Positions 38,900 to 52,400 of a stretch of 64,000 bases of DNA are shown here, in pieces. Below the pieces are notes generated by a model. It saw nothing but the letters and a program-made list of their open reading frames with translations, was not told where the DNA came from and made no database searches. A program made the position numbers and the translations under genes. The stretch is from Balanoglossus misakiensis (taxonomy: Eukaryota; Animalia; Hemichordata): the NCBI GenBank assembly GCA_040954595.2, contig CM082578.2, positions 16,476,998 to 16,540,997 on the forward strand, read 5' to 3'. Every line of letters begins with the position of its first letter. The stretch's first letter is position 1.

Positions 38900-39300
38900 A
38901 AAACAATAATATTAAAAGGAACCGCATTTTAGTCTGTTACGGTATGTAGCGGTAGTCATGTCTACGAGGACACTCTGGGTTGACGCCACCAACGGCAAAT
39001 AATGAAAGGTCAATGGTCAAAGTTCAGATAATACCACGAGGACGCAAGTTGTAAACACAGCGGGTACACCTGTATACAGGTGAATATAGCGTTGATCAGA
39101 GATTCTGAGAGTGAGTGTCAACTAAAAATAGAATTCGCAGTGGGGACAAACAGTTTGGATAGCATGCGATCGTCACTGATAATTCTGATTGGTCAATTAC
39201 TTTCCGCACACATCACTTGTGATTGGTCAGTTAGTCACTAGTTAGTCACGCTCTATTCTTGGAACAGGTGTGCATCTGTGTCATTACAATTTCTCACTTC
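38900..39300. promoter_or_regulatory. Putative bidirectional promoter shared by the C3orf18-like gene and HEMK1
   Basis: The start codons diverge ~1.1 kb apart. Two TGATTGGTC (reverse CCAAT) boxes at ~39186 and ~39220. Confidence 0.45.
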
Positions 39301-39412
39301 AATGTAATTGTTTGATTTTAAATTTATTTCTTCCTGGATTCTTTCAGATACTCTGCACCAATTCATGCAAAGACATCATAAAAATTGACATTAAAATGGA
39401 GCACTGTTTGTG

Positions 39413-42078
39413 ATGTGGATTGTGATGAATCCAGTACATCATAAATTGCTGAAGTTCCTCACTGTTTCTTGTGCGAAGACTTTATTTGGATCCCCAAGTG
39501 TTCACGTTAAACCAATAACTTTAAAAGTCTGCTTGCAACATTCACTGAAGAGCCAATATTCAACAAGCAGAAGGGACATATGTCTCCAATCAGTTGATGT
39601 AAAATTTCAAAACAACAGTATTGTTAAAGATGCATTGTCCTATTGGACGAGGAAATTCGAAGAGGAGAAAATACCAGAGCCTGATTTGTCAGCAGGATAC
39701 ATCATTGCACATGTTTTGGGGTTTAAAAGAGCATTTCTGGATACGCCAGAGGTTAGTATACATCAGAGGTTAGTTTAGAGAACTATCACTATGGCAACCC
39801 AATTTAGAGCACTGTCCCTATGGCCACCACTCCACCAGAGGTAATTATTCAATCAATCATTCGATTAAGTCACTGATTGCTTGAGTCATTGATTGATTGA
39901 TTGGGTGGTTGGTTCATTCATTCATTCATTCACTCACTCACTCACTCACTCACTCACTCACTCACTCACCCATTCATTAATTAATTCAGTGAATATAGAT
40001 GTGGTCTGTGGTCTATTGAATCACATTTTTTCGCATTACATGACATCAGCCCAGGGGCATTTTGAATCAGGTTGGTTATCATTTTTTTTTTCTTTTTTCA
40101 GATGACAGCATCATATGCAACAGAATTTGTGAAAAGGTTAAATCAAAAACAAACTGACAGAATTAAAGAACTTTGTAACAAACGCTTACAGAGGTAAGAA
40201 AGTGTATTTAAGTCAAGTTAGATAATAGTACTGGTATTACATTTCTCACGATTAATAATTCATATCTTTATGTCATTGATATAATCAACTTATGAGTAAT
40301 ATGAAGCCACCGAGTATAATTTACTGATATTCATGGTTTTTATAGAATGCCGGTACAGTACATCATCGGTGAGTGGGATTTCCGATTCTTGACTCTTGCA
40401 ATGAAACCTCCAGTCTTCATACCCAGACCAGAAACTGAGGTGAGTAATTCAATTCAACTATCTGTTGATACCGTGAGGGAAAACAAATCCTATTTGACCT
40501 TCTTTTGTGTGTAAAATGAATGATTGCCACATGATGATTGAAACGTTATGATTATCTTTAGTGTCCAGTTTTTTCTCACTCTTGCAGGAACTAGTTGGAC
40601 ACATTCTTCATTTCCATGCAAATGAAGTCAGTCCACACTTTCTTGAAATTGGCTGCGGCAGTGGTGCAGTGTCGCTATCTCTTCTTCATGAAATGCCAAA
40701 GGTTTGTCAACTCATGGCCACAACATACAGCAATACTATCACTTCCTACAAGATTTTGTTGAGTCCACAAACATCACTCAGACGTCAACTCTTTCACAAA
40801 TTCATGTTGATGTTATTAAAGACCCACAAGATACCTATTACAAATATTTCACTCTTCTCCTTATCTTTGGTCTCATTTATTCCACTTCACAAAACAGAGC
40901 ACCGGAGTTGCCATAGACCAAGCCATCGATGCAGTCAACCTGACCAAATACAATACAAAACGGTAGGTCCAAACTCCACTTGATGTTATTGGTTTCAAAA
41001 GGAAGAAAGGGTGTGTACAATGAAGACTTACACAGATCATGAACATGACTAATATTTCTGCCAATAAAATCAACTCCCTTACAAATTGTCCATTGCTATT
41101 TACAGCCTGGGTTTCAGAGACAGACTTTGTGTCCACCAGCATGAGCTGAGTGACTCGCCAACACTGCCAGAATGCATTGTGGGTAAATACGACTTCATAG
41201 TCAGCAATCCACCGTACATCTTCCAGGACGATATGGTTGACCTTGCACCAGAGGTCATCAGGTAAGAGAGCATGTGATATGGTATCAGACTTAGTCAATT
41301 GGAATAATAATAAGCATACTGCTTCTCTCCGAATAGAACATGGCCATTGAACATTGAGGACAGAATTGAAAGTACCAGAAAGCCTATTCAAGATTCCACC
41401 AGTGTATGTCTGTGTAGAACAACATTAACAACAACTTACTCACTTGAACCAAAAATTGCTACATTAAAACGACAATGACAGTACTTTTTCTTCACAGGTA
41501 CGAAGATCACAGAGCATTAGTAGGTGGCAGGGATGGTTTGGACGTCACTGTCTGCATTCTGAATCTAGCCAGATGTCTTCTGAAACCGGGTGGATCTGTT
41601 TGGTTGGAAGGTGATCCAAGACATCCGACTATGATCCAGAAATGGCTCAGAAAAAATCCTGCGCCTGAATTACAACTGGTGAATGTAATGAGGGATTTCT
41701 GCCAAAGGTAAGAAAACTTGTAGTTTATGTCACCTAGTTTACTTGAATCCTAAGTCTGTTCTGCGCAAAATTGTAGATACCTGTAACAGACGGGGTGGGG
41801 GGGGGGATGCTGTTGATGTGGAAAAGTCTCATGGTCTCAAAAACTGCTGAAGTCCAAAGCTTACAAACTGGTTCAAATTGGCCGTCACCAAGAAGACTGT
41901 CCACTGAATACTTTGAGTTAGATTTTATTGCAGAGCCTTCAATCTCACCACATTTGTTAAAAAAATACTGTTCAATCTCAGATTATTGTTGGTATGAAAA
42001 AAATTAATATATCTTTCTTATTCTTATTTTCATAGGTCCAGATTCTGTCACTTGAAGTATCTTCCAAGCATAAGATAG
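39413..42078 (+). CDS. HEMK1: HemK methyltransferase family member 1 (PrmC-type release factor Gln methyltransferase, mitochondrial)
   Basis: Approximate exons 39413-39751, 40102-40193, 40346-40439 ([22 protein letters not shown]), 40589-40702 ([11 protein letters not shown] motif), 40898-40962, 41106-41261 (IVSNPPY), 41498-41707 ([15 protein letters not shown]) and 42036-42078. The start could alternatively be the ATG near 39425. Confidence 0.95.
39913..39978. repeat. (TCAT)n(TCAC)n compound microsatellite in a HEMK1 intron
   Basis: TTCATTCATTCATTCATTCACTCACTCAC... run. Confidence 0.9.
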
Positions 42079-42119
42079 CACATGCAATTCCATGAAACAT
42101 AATTTGGTCATATTTAAAG

Positions 42120-43352
42120 TCAAATTGTGTCGTAAACTGATGAATCAACACCAGCTTCTTTGAGTTCAGAACAAAGATTCGCAACAGTTGCGTTTCTACC
42201 TCTGTTTTGCTTCCATTTGACAAGCATAGAGAATATTTGTTGTGTGACAGTGGACTCATCATTTTTGAATCGGAAGATATCTTTCTTTTGAAATCCCAGT
42301 TTAATGGTCACATCTTCCCACTTCTCATCCATGTTTTCTGCCACAGTGAGAAGTTGTTGTTCAGTCACTAATTTGTCTGATGTCACGTGAATCCCGGCAA
42401 GTCGCTGACTTATTTGGTCATCCACTTTTTCAGTTTCACCTCCGCATGCAGTTGCTGTGTTCGCATAACACCTGGTTGATCTGATGTCATCTCTAGGGGG
42501 CGCTATACTACTGGCACAAGCACACACCGGGGTGGAGGGCTCTCCTCCTGGGGGCTGACAGTCTGTAACAAGGACCACTTCTGAGTTTTCATCATGTTCT
42601 GAAATACAAGCATGAACTCTAATGGATTAAAACTGGGTACTGTTTATAATGACTGATTGATGTATTAAAGTGTAATTCTGAAGTTATGTCGTACGTATGT
42701 AGCTGGAATGGAATCCGAATATGAGATAAGCAAATATAAACTTTTTATGCTGTGGGTCAAGATCCACAGATATACCCCAAGCCACCGGTACGCAGGTTGA
42801 AGTTATTTTATGTTGATTGATGATGGCATGCTGCAGGGTATATGATCTTTGAACCCTATAGAATGGTGTTGACTCACTCGACGTAAATGCATGTTCTATG
42901 ATAAGACTGAACTATTAATGCGGGTCTAGAGTCTACTTGGAACAGAACTTTTCAACTTGTTAATTTTTGACGGAGTTTGGTTTATATAAATGACTGCAAA
43001 AAAAGGCTTGTTCTTTACATATGTCGGGTGGTGACATACCTGAAGCTTGAATTGCTACTGCTAGTTCCGCTTCGTAACTGGATTCCGCCTTTAACAATAT
43101 GTCTCGTAACCATGGATACTGTTCTTTCAAAGCTTTAAGAAATGCTCCATATGCCCTTGGCCCGCGTGTTGGCAATATGTCGAGTAACTTGCGCGCCTGC
43201 TCGAACTTGGTACGACCGGCCAGGATATCTTGCTCCATTTCCTGGTTAATAATGCCATCTTGTAGAAGATGTTGCAAAATGTACACCGGGAATATGCCTT
43301 CTATAATTTGCACTCTATGACTGTTCAAAACACGCCTGTGTTTTTGCTCCAT
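42120..43352 (-). CDS. CRADD: CARD + death domain adaptor, CRADD/RAIDD-like (~263 aa)
   Basis: Exon 43352-43040 encodes a CARD (MEQKHRRVLNSHRVQI..LLDILPTRGPRAYGAFLKALKEQYPW). Exon 42598-42120 encodes a death domain (TEQQLLTVAENMDEKWE..LGF..DIFRFK..MLVKWKQNRGRNATVANL). The phase-1 junction is consistent. Confidence 0.88.
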
Positions 43353-46300
43353 TAGAACGACATCGATTCAGCTTCGCATATATATCTCCATAAAACTTAG
43401 AACGCCCAATCAAACGACAGCTTGAACCTATAAGTTCGCCAAAGAACCACTTTGCATGCACTCTTCCCGGCTTGTTGCTTGTTGTCACGTCTGTCGGACG
43501 CCTGCCACACAACCACTACGAACTTTGCTCGTTGTTGTGTGCTACCTGTCACTGCTGACTGCTTTCGTGTGCGCTTGCTCCCATTTGCCCCACAATTAAA
43601 CGAATATTACTTTCGACCACGTGGTTAAAGTTATAATGAAAGAATCCACTAATCCAAGATTTTCTGAAAGAGAGAGCAACTCCACCATATAGTATGGTTT
43701 TGCTTACAAGTCCTATATATTTTTGTAATACATACCGGTATGTTACTTGACTGAGGAAACACTTGGTATACAGCATAAGCTATGTAATTTTCGCAACAAT
43801 TGAAACCTTATTATAACACCTTATTAATACTTTGTGCAACTTACTGATTGGGCCAGGTTGATAAAACTAGGATAACTGGTGTATACTACATGTACTTTCA
43901 GAGGGGGGTGGGTGGGTTAAGATCTTCACATTTCAAGAATACACCAGTTAGCTAATTATATTACTATTAATCACAGATCCCGGGCGCTAATATTTGTGAC
44001 TGAGCATGCACTTCGGACTGAATAAACCCTAAGTCGAAATTTGAATAAATGGGACTGATATCTGACCAATAAAATCACCGGATGACAAAACGGGATTTCC
44101 CCTGTAAAACACCGGGCCGTTCCGAAACGACCCACTTTCACGTACAATCGGTCAGATGTTACCCAAGTTACACTGACCATGTTAAGTTTGCCTCGGCAGT
44201 TCACAAAAGTTCACACGCACAAAACTGATCACGTAACGGACTATGTGGAGCATTTACGCCCAAATGGAAGGGGGGGGAGAGAGATAAAAGTGGTTTAACA
44301 TGCTTTTATCGCATGAGTGAAACTGAGAATTGGAGCTTTCTCAACCCATAAGAAGCCCTACAAGTACAGGATGCCATTCATACCTGGAATTATGCACTAT
44401 TATAGCACACCATCCAGTAGAACAGGGTCTGTAACTATGCATTCTTATATATGAGGTCCGTTTCTATGCACTTTTTTGCCGTTTTATAGCCGCAACACTC
44501 CATCAGTGCACGCCCTCAGGTGGCAGTAACTGTATAATTTTCGTTTTTGTCATGTGTAAAAAAAAGGGGGGAGGGGGGGGGGGGGCATGATTACCCTAGA
44601 CATTGTTTCGCCACGTTTTGAAACCCAGAGAAACTTCAGAGAAACAGTGTGGGGTATGGCTCTGTTACAAAACAAAGGTATCAATATAAAAGACTAGAGA
44701 CTAGACACAATTATATAGATTTTGCCAGTCTGTCGACCATCTTTATTTTACACAAAATATCATCTCCACAGTATGGTCTTGCTGGGTGCTCTCACAAGCA
44801 TCTTTTTTTTCTCTCACAGTGAAGCACAGGTTAACACTGTATACAAAACAAAAGCAACAAGAACAGGATCACTCAGACGAACATTAACAATGCACAACTG
44901 ATCACTTGCAGATTAAATGAGCAATAGACAGCTACTAAACAAGATCTACGGGGGGAGGGGGCCCAGTCCTAGTTTTATGAACATCATATGTCAAAAAAAT
45001 AAGAGAGAGAGAAAAGAAAACAAAAGCAAACAAATAAAATCTCAACTAGCCACGTCAATGATGGAGGAAAGTAACAACAAACACAGATTCCACCTAAATA
45101 ACAGCAAAAACACAAATGATGATAAACGTCTTCCGAGTACAGTTGGCCGAGCATGCCTGGCAAATTGGTTATTTATATCAAAATTTAGAACTCTAGACCT
45201 CTGTTTCACAATATAATTGAATAACCAGATGAACACTCTGTACAAGATCATCAGCAGAAACCTTTGGAAATATAATCTTGACAAACTGAGTAACATCTCC
45301 AAAGGCAGTTTTTGAACAGACATAAGAGAATGAAAGGGGTCAAGAAGGAAGAGAGGACCCTTTTCCTCACGGAAGCAAAGTCAGAGAACAAGTTGATCAT
45401 ATATATATTTTTTTAAATTGTTAAGGAAAACTATGCAGAATAAATCTTTCTGTACACAGGCATTTACCGATAAAAATCTGAAATTTCCCCTACCTCTGAT
45501 GCAAGCAAATAGATAATATAATTGGATAAAAAAAACCTCTTGAGTAAGCCTATTTCGAAACTTTTTTTGGTACCATTCTCTCTACCTCTGATGATGAAAT
45601 GGTATATACTTTTACATGTGGTTGATCTCACAAGAGGGGCAAATGTAGGGGTGGTTGGGGTATCTTCCAGTACAAAGAAGAGCCACCTTCTCCCTGCACA
45701 TACCTGCAATGAGCAAATATCTAGCCCTACAGAGCAGATTAACTAAATGGTGAGTATGGTTGTTTTTCTTTCTTTCTCTGAAAATCCAAACCTGATTTGT
45801 ATGCCTGGCACTGACAATCTGGTACCTTCTTTTTTTTGGAAACACTACTATACAAACAAAAGTGCTGAGAAGCTACAAGATAATCATATGCAATGTATGA
45901 CTCAAGTATTCAAAAAAAAGCTTTTTTTTTTGTTCTTTTTAAGCGGTACAAGCCAGAGATCTGGTATAACATGCTAGATAAACAAAAGGATTAACAATGA
46001 AAATATAACAATAATCTTTAACTGGACACGACCAGAATTTTTTTCTTTAAAATAAAAAAAAAATGATTTCGTAAAGTTAAACATGTACAGGTAAACTATA
46101 TAATAAACCACTATATAGTCTTTTTTAATGTTATACTAATAAAGGGACAATTACAAACAAGTTGCCCAATACAAAAAGGGAGAAAAGTATCTTACAACAT
46201 GGTGCTTATATACAAGTGAAACACACTATCACTACACTCTAGATATGACAACTAACCTAATATAACTAGCAACTACTTGACATGTGCACACTATAATACA

Positions 46301-46466
46301 TCCACTTCTCTTTATTTGATCTGCACACAGTAGTATTTGCATCTTTCTTCACTTGTCACAAACATCTATGTCAACAGTTAAGCTCAGTTCAACTGGATGC
46401 CGAAAATCCAAACCGTCAGCATGCATCCTACACGATTGATTTGGGATCTGAGGATGCTGGAATACA

Positions 46467-49400
46467 TCACTGCTGGTAGAATCCGTTACTGCGCGAGTAG
46501 GTGTTATAGTGTTGCTGTCCGTACCCTGGGTACTGCTGTTGCTGTTGTTGGTATGCATGCTGCGTTTGTGTTGCCGCTGGCTGCTGTGTCTGCGGTTGCC
46601 GCTGTGTTTGTTGTTGCTGCGGTTGCTGATACTGCGACTGCTGTGGGTACTGCTGTTGGTACACTGTCTGCTGCTGCTGTTGGTACGGCTGAGCCTGCGG
46701 TGCCTGAAAGTGCTGCTGCGTCTGCGCCTGTAGTTTTTGGTCCCTGTAGCCTTGCCCATAACCGTTGTAGTTATACTGTTGCTGTTGTTGCGGGTATTGT
46801 TGCTGTTGTGCTGATTGCTGCTGCTGAAGCTGTGTGTACTGGTGAGTGTATTGGTACGACTGCTGTTGCTGGTAGGGTTGCTGGTATTGTGGCTGTTGCT
46901 TTGTTGACATGTCCTTTTGAGCTGGTTGCTGAGGTGGCGGCGGCGGAGGCTGTAGAAATGAACAAACAAGTTTTTGGAGTTGGAATAAGAAGATGCATAC
47001 ATCAATATACAACAGCACTATTGAAATACAAGTAAACCCAATAGCAACACACTAACCTATTACTGAGAAGTGCCCAAAATTATCCAATTATGGATATGAC
47101 TTGTGTCCCTAACACTGAAACCAGGAAGTTGTCATGAACAACATATGCAACAAGAAGCTTACAGGGCAAAGTCAACAGTTTCCTAGAATCTTTATGCATG
47201 TGACTTACCTGCTGGAAATGTGTTGTTCGTATGGCTTGCTGTTTACTGCTTCCACTGACCACTGTTTCAGTCGCTATGTCACCTGGAGGGCAAAGCATAC
47301 AAAAGACAGAGCTCAAATTTCGTCAATATAAACTGAAACCTCTTCATTCAGCATTTGACAGGATTTTGTGCACTCAACGGTGGACTGATCACTTTGTTAA
47401 AAGGCAATTTACAAATTTAAGATCTTTTTAAGGAAGGCCATCAGCGGAACTTGCACTTAAAAACAAATCACGTAGCACTTTTTCTAATGGTTATCCTTTC
47501 AATGCTGTCACCCTTGGCCCGAAACTGCCGACACAAATTTCCAAACTAAATTGGCCGTTAACACAATGCATAATAGTGACTCTTTCAAAATAGCTTGACA
47601 TTACCAGGAACACTGACCTCCAACTAGTTTTCTAAGAACAAACTTTTGTGACTAACCATGCAATCTTTCTGGGCCATTCCTTGGTGGTGGCGGAGGGGGC
47701 ATATGAAGCTTCAGGTTGGACTTCTTCACTTTGCTTGGGGGTGGAGGAGGCGGTAGAGGAGAAGCTGGTCTCTTCAAAAGCGACTGCACAGGCTCATCTT
47801 TCGACCTCATTCCACCAGAATGCCGTCTTTCTCTCTCTCGGTTGTTATTATCCAGATCTCTCCTCAACTTTTCCATCATGTCATCCTTGCTTTTCTCAGT
47901 TTTCCTGTAATGAAAGAAATTTCTTGTGACCCTGTGTTTACAATAGTTTTAAACCCACTCTCCCAGAAACAAAATGTGATGTGACTAAGTATGCATTAAA
48001 TGTTTTTCCATGGTTATGCTTCTGCAACTAAATACAGGCTTTCTAGGAAACACACCTCCAGTCTACATTACAATGACTTACCAGGGTGCTTCCAGCTCTT
48101 CCCTCTTCTCTTTCGGTTTTGTAAGCAAGGAGCTTATAATGGGCGACTTGATGGGTGATGACTTTATCTTCTTTAGTGGTAGCACAACACTTGCTTTTCC
48201 ATTCATTTTCTCTTCCAGTGGGCTGGTTGGGTTGAACAAGGGTAACGGCGCCAATGTTGGTATTGGCTTTGGTATCGACTTGCTTGGCGCATTCTCTGCA
48301 GATTTACTGGATGTTGGTGTGCCTGTAGCTGTTGGGGTTGTTGGTGCGCTAGACGGACTACTGGTTGTTGAACTTGGTGGCTGTGCCTGTGTTTTCTCCT
48401 TCCGACTTGTCATTCGCTTTCTGTACTCCAGTAATGACACCTGAAGGGCATGAGCAAAGACGGTGTATGAGATCAAAGCACAAGGCATGTAATTACTGTA
48501 TTCTAAGAACGCCTCAACTTGAAAGTTTCCAGACAGATGGCAGCTATGCTAGCTATACAACTGTCAGTATGTCAGTTACTACCACTGGCAGTAACTGGGT
48601 GGTTACAACCCACACACTGCACCCCAGGGTACCAACTGTTCACTTTACCAAAGACTTGGCCCCAGACACCACTAGTCTAGGTGGCTGGGAATTTGACAAC
48701 TTTGGCATCTTTGTCTGCAAGACAGTAACACACAACCAGCTGGTATTCACTCACCTTTCGTTTGACTGGTGTTGTTGGTGTACTTGAGCTTGCAGACCCT
48801 GAAGATGATGACATGCTTGTGGAAGGTTGCGACGCAGAGACGGACGATGCAGCGGTTGTCACAGTTGTCGACGAGACCATCGGCGGCGGTGACGACGACG
48901 TAGACAACAACAAAGGTGTTGTTAAAACTGACGATGCACTCTCACTGGTTGTACTACTAGCAACAGTCGGGGACTGAGAGTTTAACAAGGGGCTACTACT
49001 CATGGCTGCCGACATACTTGAAACACAATGTTGTTTACTGTCTATACCACTGTTTGTCACAAGCACATCACTCTCATGGAAATCTGTCTTGTTTACATCA
49101 GGCTTCAGAGCAGCAGCTTCTGTTGATGAACTGATGGTTGGCGTTTCCGACAGGCTGCTTTTTGCCGCTGCTGTTGTTATATGGCCTTTGCCAGGCCCAG
49201 CGTTAAAATTATTCCTGCCAAGTGGCAGGAGAAGCTTCCTTGGTGATGATGTAAATGAAGTGTAAAGACCAGATTCATATTTCACATTATCGTCGGCAAA
49301 TGGGTTATGATGACTTGGGCGCACGCCGTAATGTGTCCTGTTATCGGCTGGACCAGAGTTCCTACGGCTCCTGTATGAATTGGACATCACATCAACACAT

Positions 49401-52400
49401 CTCGGCTCCTTTGTCCTTGGCAACATCTTGTTTTGCTCAAACGATTGCCAATTGGACCTAGGTGAATTACTCTGGGGTAACTTCCCTTCAGCTTTGACCT
49501 GGCTCCCATCCAAGGAGCACTTGGCGGTCTCATCCGCACTGTTTTGCACGCTTTGTTGCGAGTCTGTTTCATCACAAGGACTACTGGGATGAGGCCCCGT
49601 TTTCAAATTTTGCACATGAGGTACAGACATGGACGTCCTGATGTCTGTTGGCATGGAGGGCTGGCTTTCCTCTCTTGCCGCTGCTGTTCGATTAACGTCA
49701 CTGACGTTGAATCCACTCTCAAGTGGAGTGACACTGTCTCGTTTTACACTCGAGTCTAAAACAATTGGCTCTGATTGAAAATGTTTGAGCAAGTGGTCTG
49801 TAGACGTAGAGACAACACTCTCTACGACACTACTCGGATGGGACACAACAGTGTCATAAACCGCATTGACTTCCACATGGGAGGAGTTCACATTTGTACA
49901 GTTTGTGTCTCCGTTTTCTGAAGTCTGCACTAATATTTCAGTTTTGGAACAGTCTACTACTGCTGAATCAAAAGTTTGTCCATGACTGACACTCATGGTT
50001 ATCGGTGACAACTTGCAATCGGTTGGTGTGCCCGAAAATCCACTGTCTGCCGAGATCTGCTTGGCCAATTCCTGTAAATAATAAAGTGAGTGTCAGTTGT
50101 AAACTATGCTGCCTAGTTTATTTAATACATCAAAGCACGGCAGACACAACAATGACAAAGAGTTGGACAACTGCTGACACGGAGAACAAGCAATAACAGT
50201 ACAGCACTGCTAACCTTTTTGACAGATGGAGGAAATGGGAATGGAGACTGGTACTTGCCGACTTCTGGCGTAGTATCTGGTGAGGATATAGGCTACGCAC
50301 AAAACAAGAAATAAAAGTAATAGTGTCAGCAACTCAGCTACAGGAAGGAAAAACAAACCCAACATGCACTAGGTACACAAAGACTAACAGGGGCTCAAAA
50401 AAAGGAGAAAAAGAAAGGTTAGCCTCAGTGGATGCGGTACTTTCACTCTGGTAGATGAGGTGACCATAGCAAAGTGTGATACATGTACATTTATTTTCTC
50501 ATTGGAAGTATGCAAGCCATGAACATGGCACCTTTCAGAACATTCCCTACATATGTAAAAACTGTTAATCTGACTTCCCCAGTTGCCATGAGATTTGCCA
50601 AAACGGTACTTCACCACCCAACAGTGGTGTTGACACAGAGGATCCACATGAAGAATGATTCAGTCAGTGCCTCTGAGGCGTACATCCAACTGATACTGGC
50701 ACACACATCTCATGCCATATCTCTAAACATCTGGAATCTGTACCTGAGAAAATAACACGTAACACAAACTGACATGATCACCTCATCTGCCTCCAGGAAG
50801 CACTCTATCAGAACCACTTACCTCATACTTGCAGATCTGGGTGACAGGTGTCACAGGTGTAATCGGTGACAACAATGGTTTGTAACCATTTTTCGAGGAA
50901 TCCTCCAAGGGGACTTTAGGCCTGGGTGATGGGGTTCTTAAGATGCTATCCACCTGACTGGACGACACCAACGGAGGTGGTGGGGTACTTGCTGGGGGCG
51001 GTGCTGAAGACACCGTGGTAACGGTCACTGTGGTTACTCTCTCCTCAGATATGGATGCTCTAAGCCGACGCTTCTTCAGTGGTGTCATAAAATCTATAAT
51101 ACAAGCAATTTTCGTTACAAACCTGTGTCATACTGGATTTTCAAAGATCTCTTGAATAATATTGCGATTTTCTTATGCTCTGTACTTGTTACCGAAACCT
51201 TTAACTTTACTAACACATCAGTATCACCATTCTTGTCTTTGTATACAGCACATCACTATTTTCAGTTTCGACTGGCCATAGAGGGCGCGATTTACACAGA
51301 TTGGTGCAAGTTTATAGCCTTGACAGAGCACAGATCTCGAGAAACAGCAAATAAGACAAAGATGCCTTTGGAAATGGTGCAACCTTACCATTCACAGATG
51401 AGCCACTTGGTGATATGGCTGGACTATTGGCAGTGGGGCTTAGTGCACCATTAAACACAGGGGATAAATATTCCACAGTTCCGGCTTTACTAATCGCTGA
51501 TGGTGTTGTGGTCGTTTCACTCATAGCCTGCCTCAACCAACGCTGCAAAAACAACAATCAAAAGTTATGTATTTCATATGGAAATATGTTCACAGTTTTG
51601 AACTGGACAATTGAAATCGAGATGTATGGCAAAAGCACACTACTCAAGTTGGAACAAGTGTGAAGACCTTGTCATTTGGATAAGCTTGAATGCATGTAAG
51701 GTCCCGTCCATGTAGGTGAGCCTTCTTTGAACAAATGCAAAGACCTTGTCTATTGGATTAGTTCTGCTACAACAAATGAAAAGACCTTGATGACTGGGAC
51801 AGTGTCCCCCCCCCCCCCACACCCCCACCCCCAATGACGTCTCTGCTCTGCTCATGCAAAAACTGGACAACACGACCCAAGCTCACCTTTTTAGCTGATC
51901 CCATTCTGGCTCCTCCTCCGACATCCAAACTTTTCTCCAATGCATTGGTCACTGCCGTGCGCAAGACTGGAGTAGCGGGACTCAAAGTGGGCGTTGTTAC
52001 CTGCAGATCGACTGCTTCTGTTTTGATGCTCAGTGGTTTGTTAGCCGATGCCTCGTGTGCTTTATCATTCAACCATTCGTTGATCAAGAACTGAAAATAG
52101 ATGAATCATGCCATGGTCATTTGCAGAAGATGCCTTTGTCCAAAAACAATAAAAAGGAAACTGCTTTCTTAGTTTGTTTCCTGTATTGCCTTGTAGGAGG
52201 AACTTCAAACTGATTTTTGATTTGCCGTTATGAATCTGAACATTCAACACTGGATTCTAGAAGAATTGACTGTCCACATTACTCTCACACAAGAGATGGC
52301 AATTTCTTACCTTTTTAGTTTTGGGAAACCTGAAGGTTTTATTTGAGGATGTTGGCGAAGCAAGACCTGAATTACTGTTGTCACTGAGATTTGTAATGGC

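Noticed and set aside
46349-47035. Long overlapping ORFs (218 aa on -, 212 aa on +)
   Set aside because: Shadow frames of the CAG/CAA-rich KMT2E last exon.
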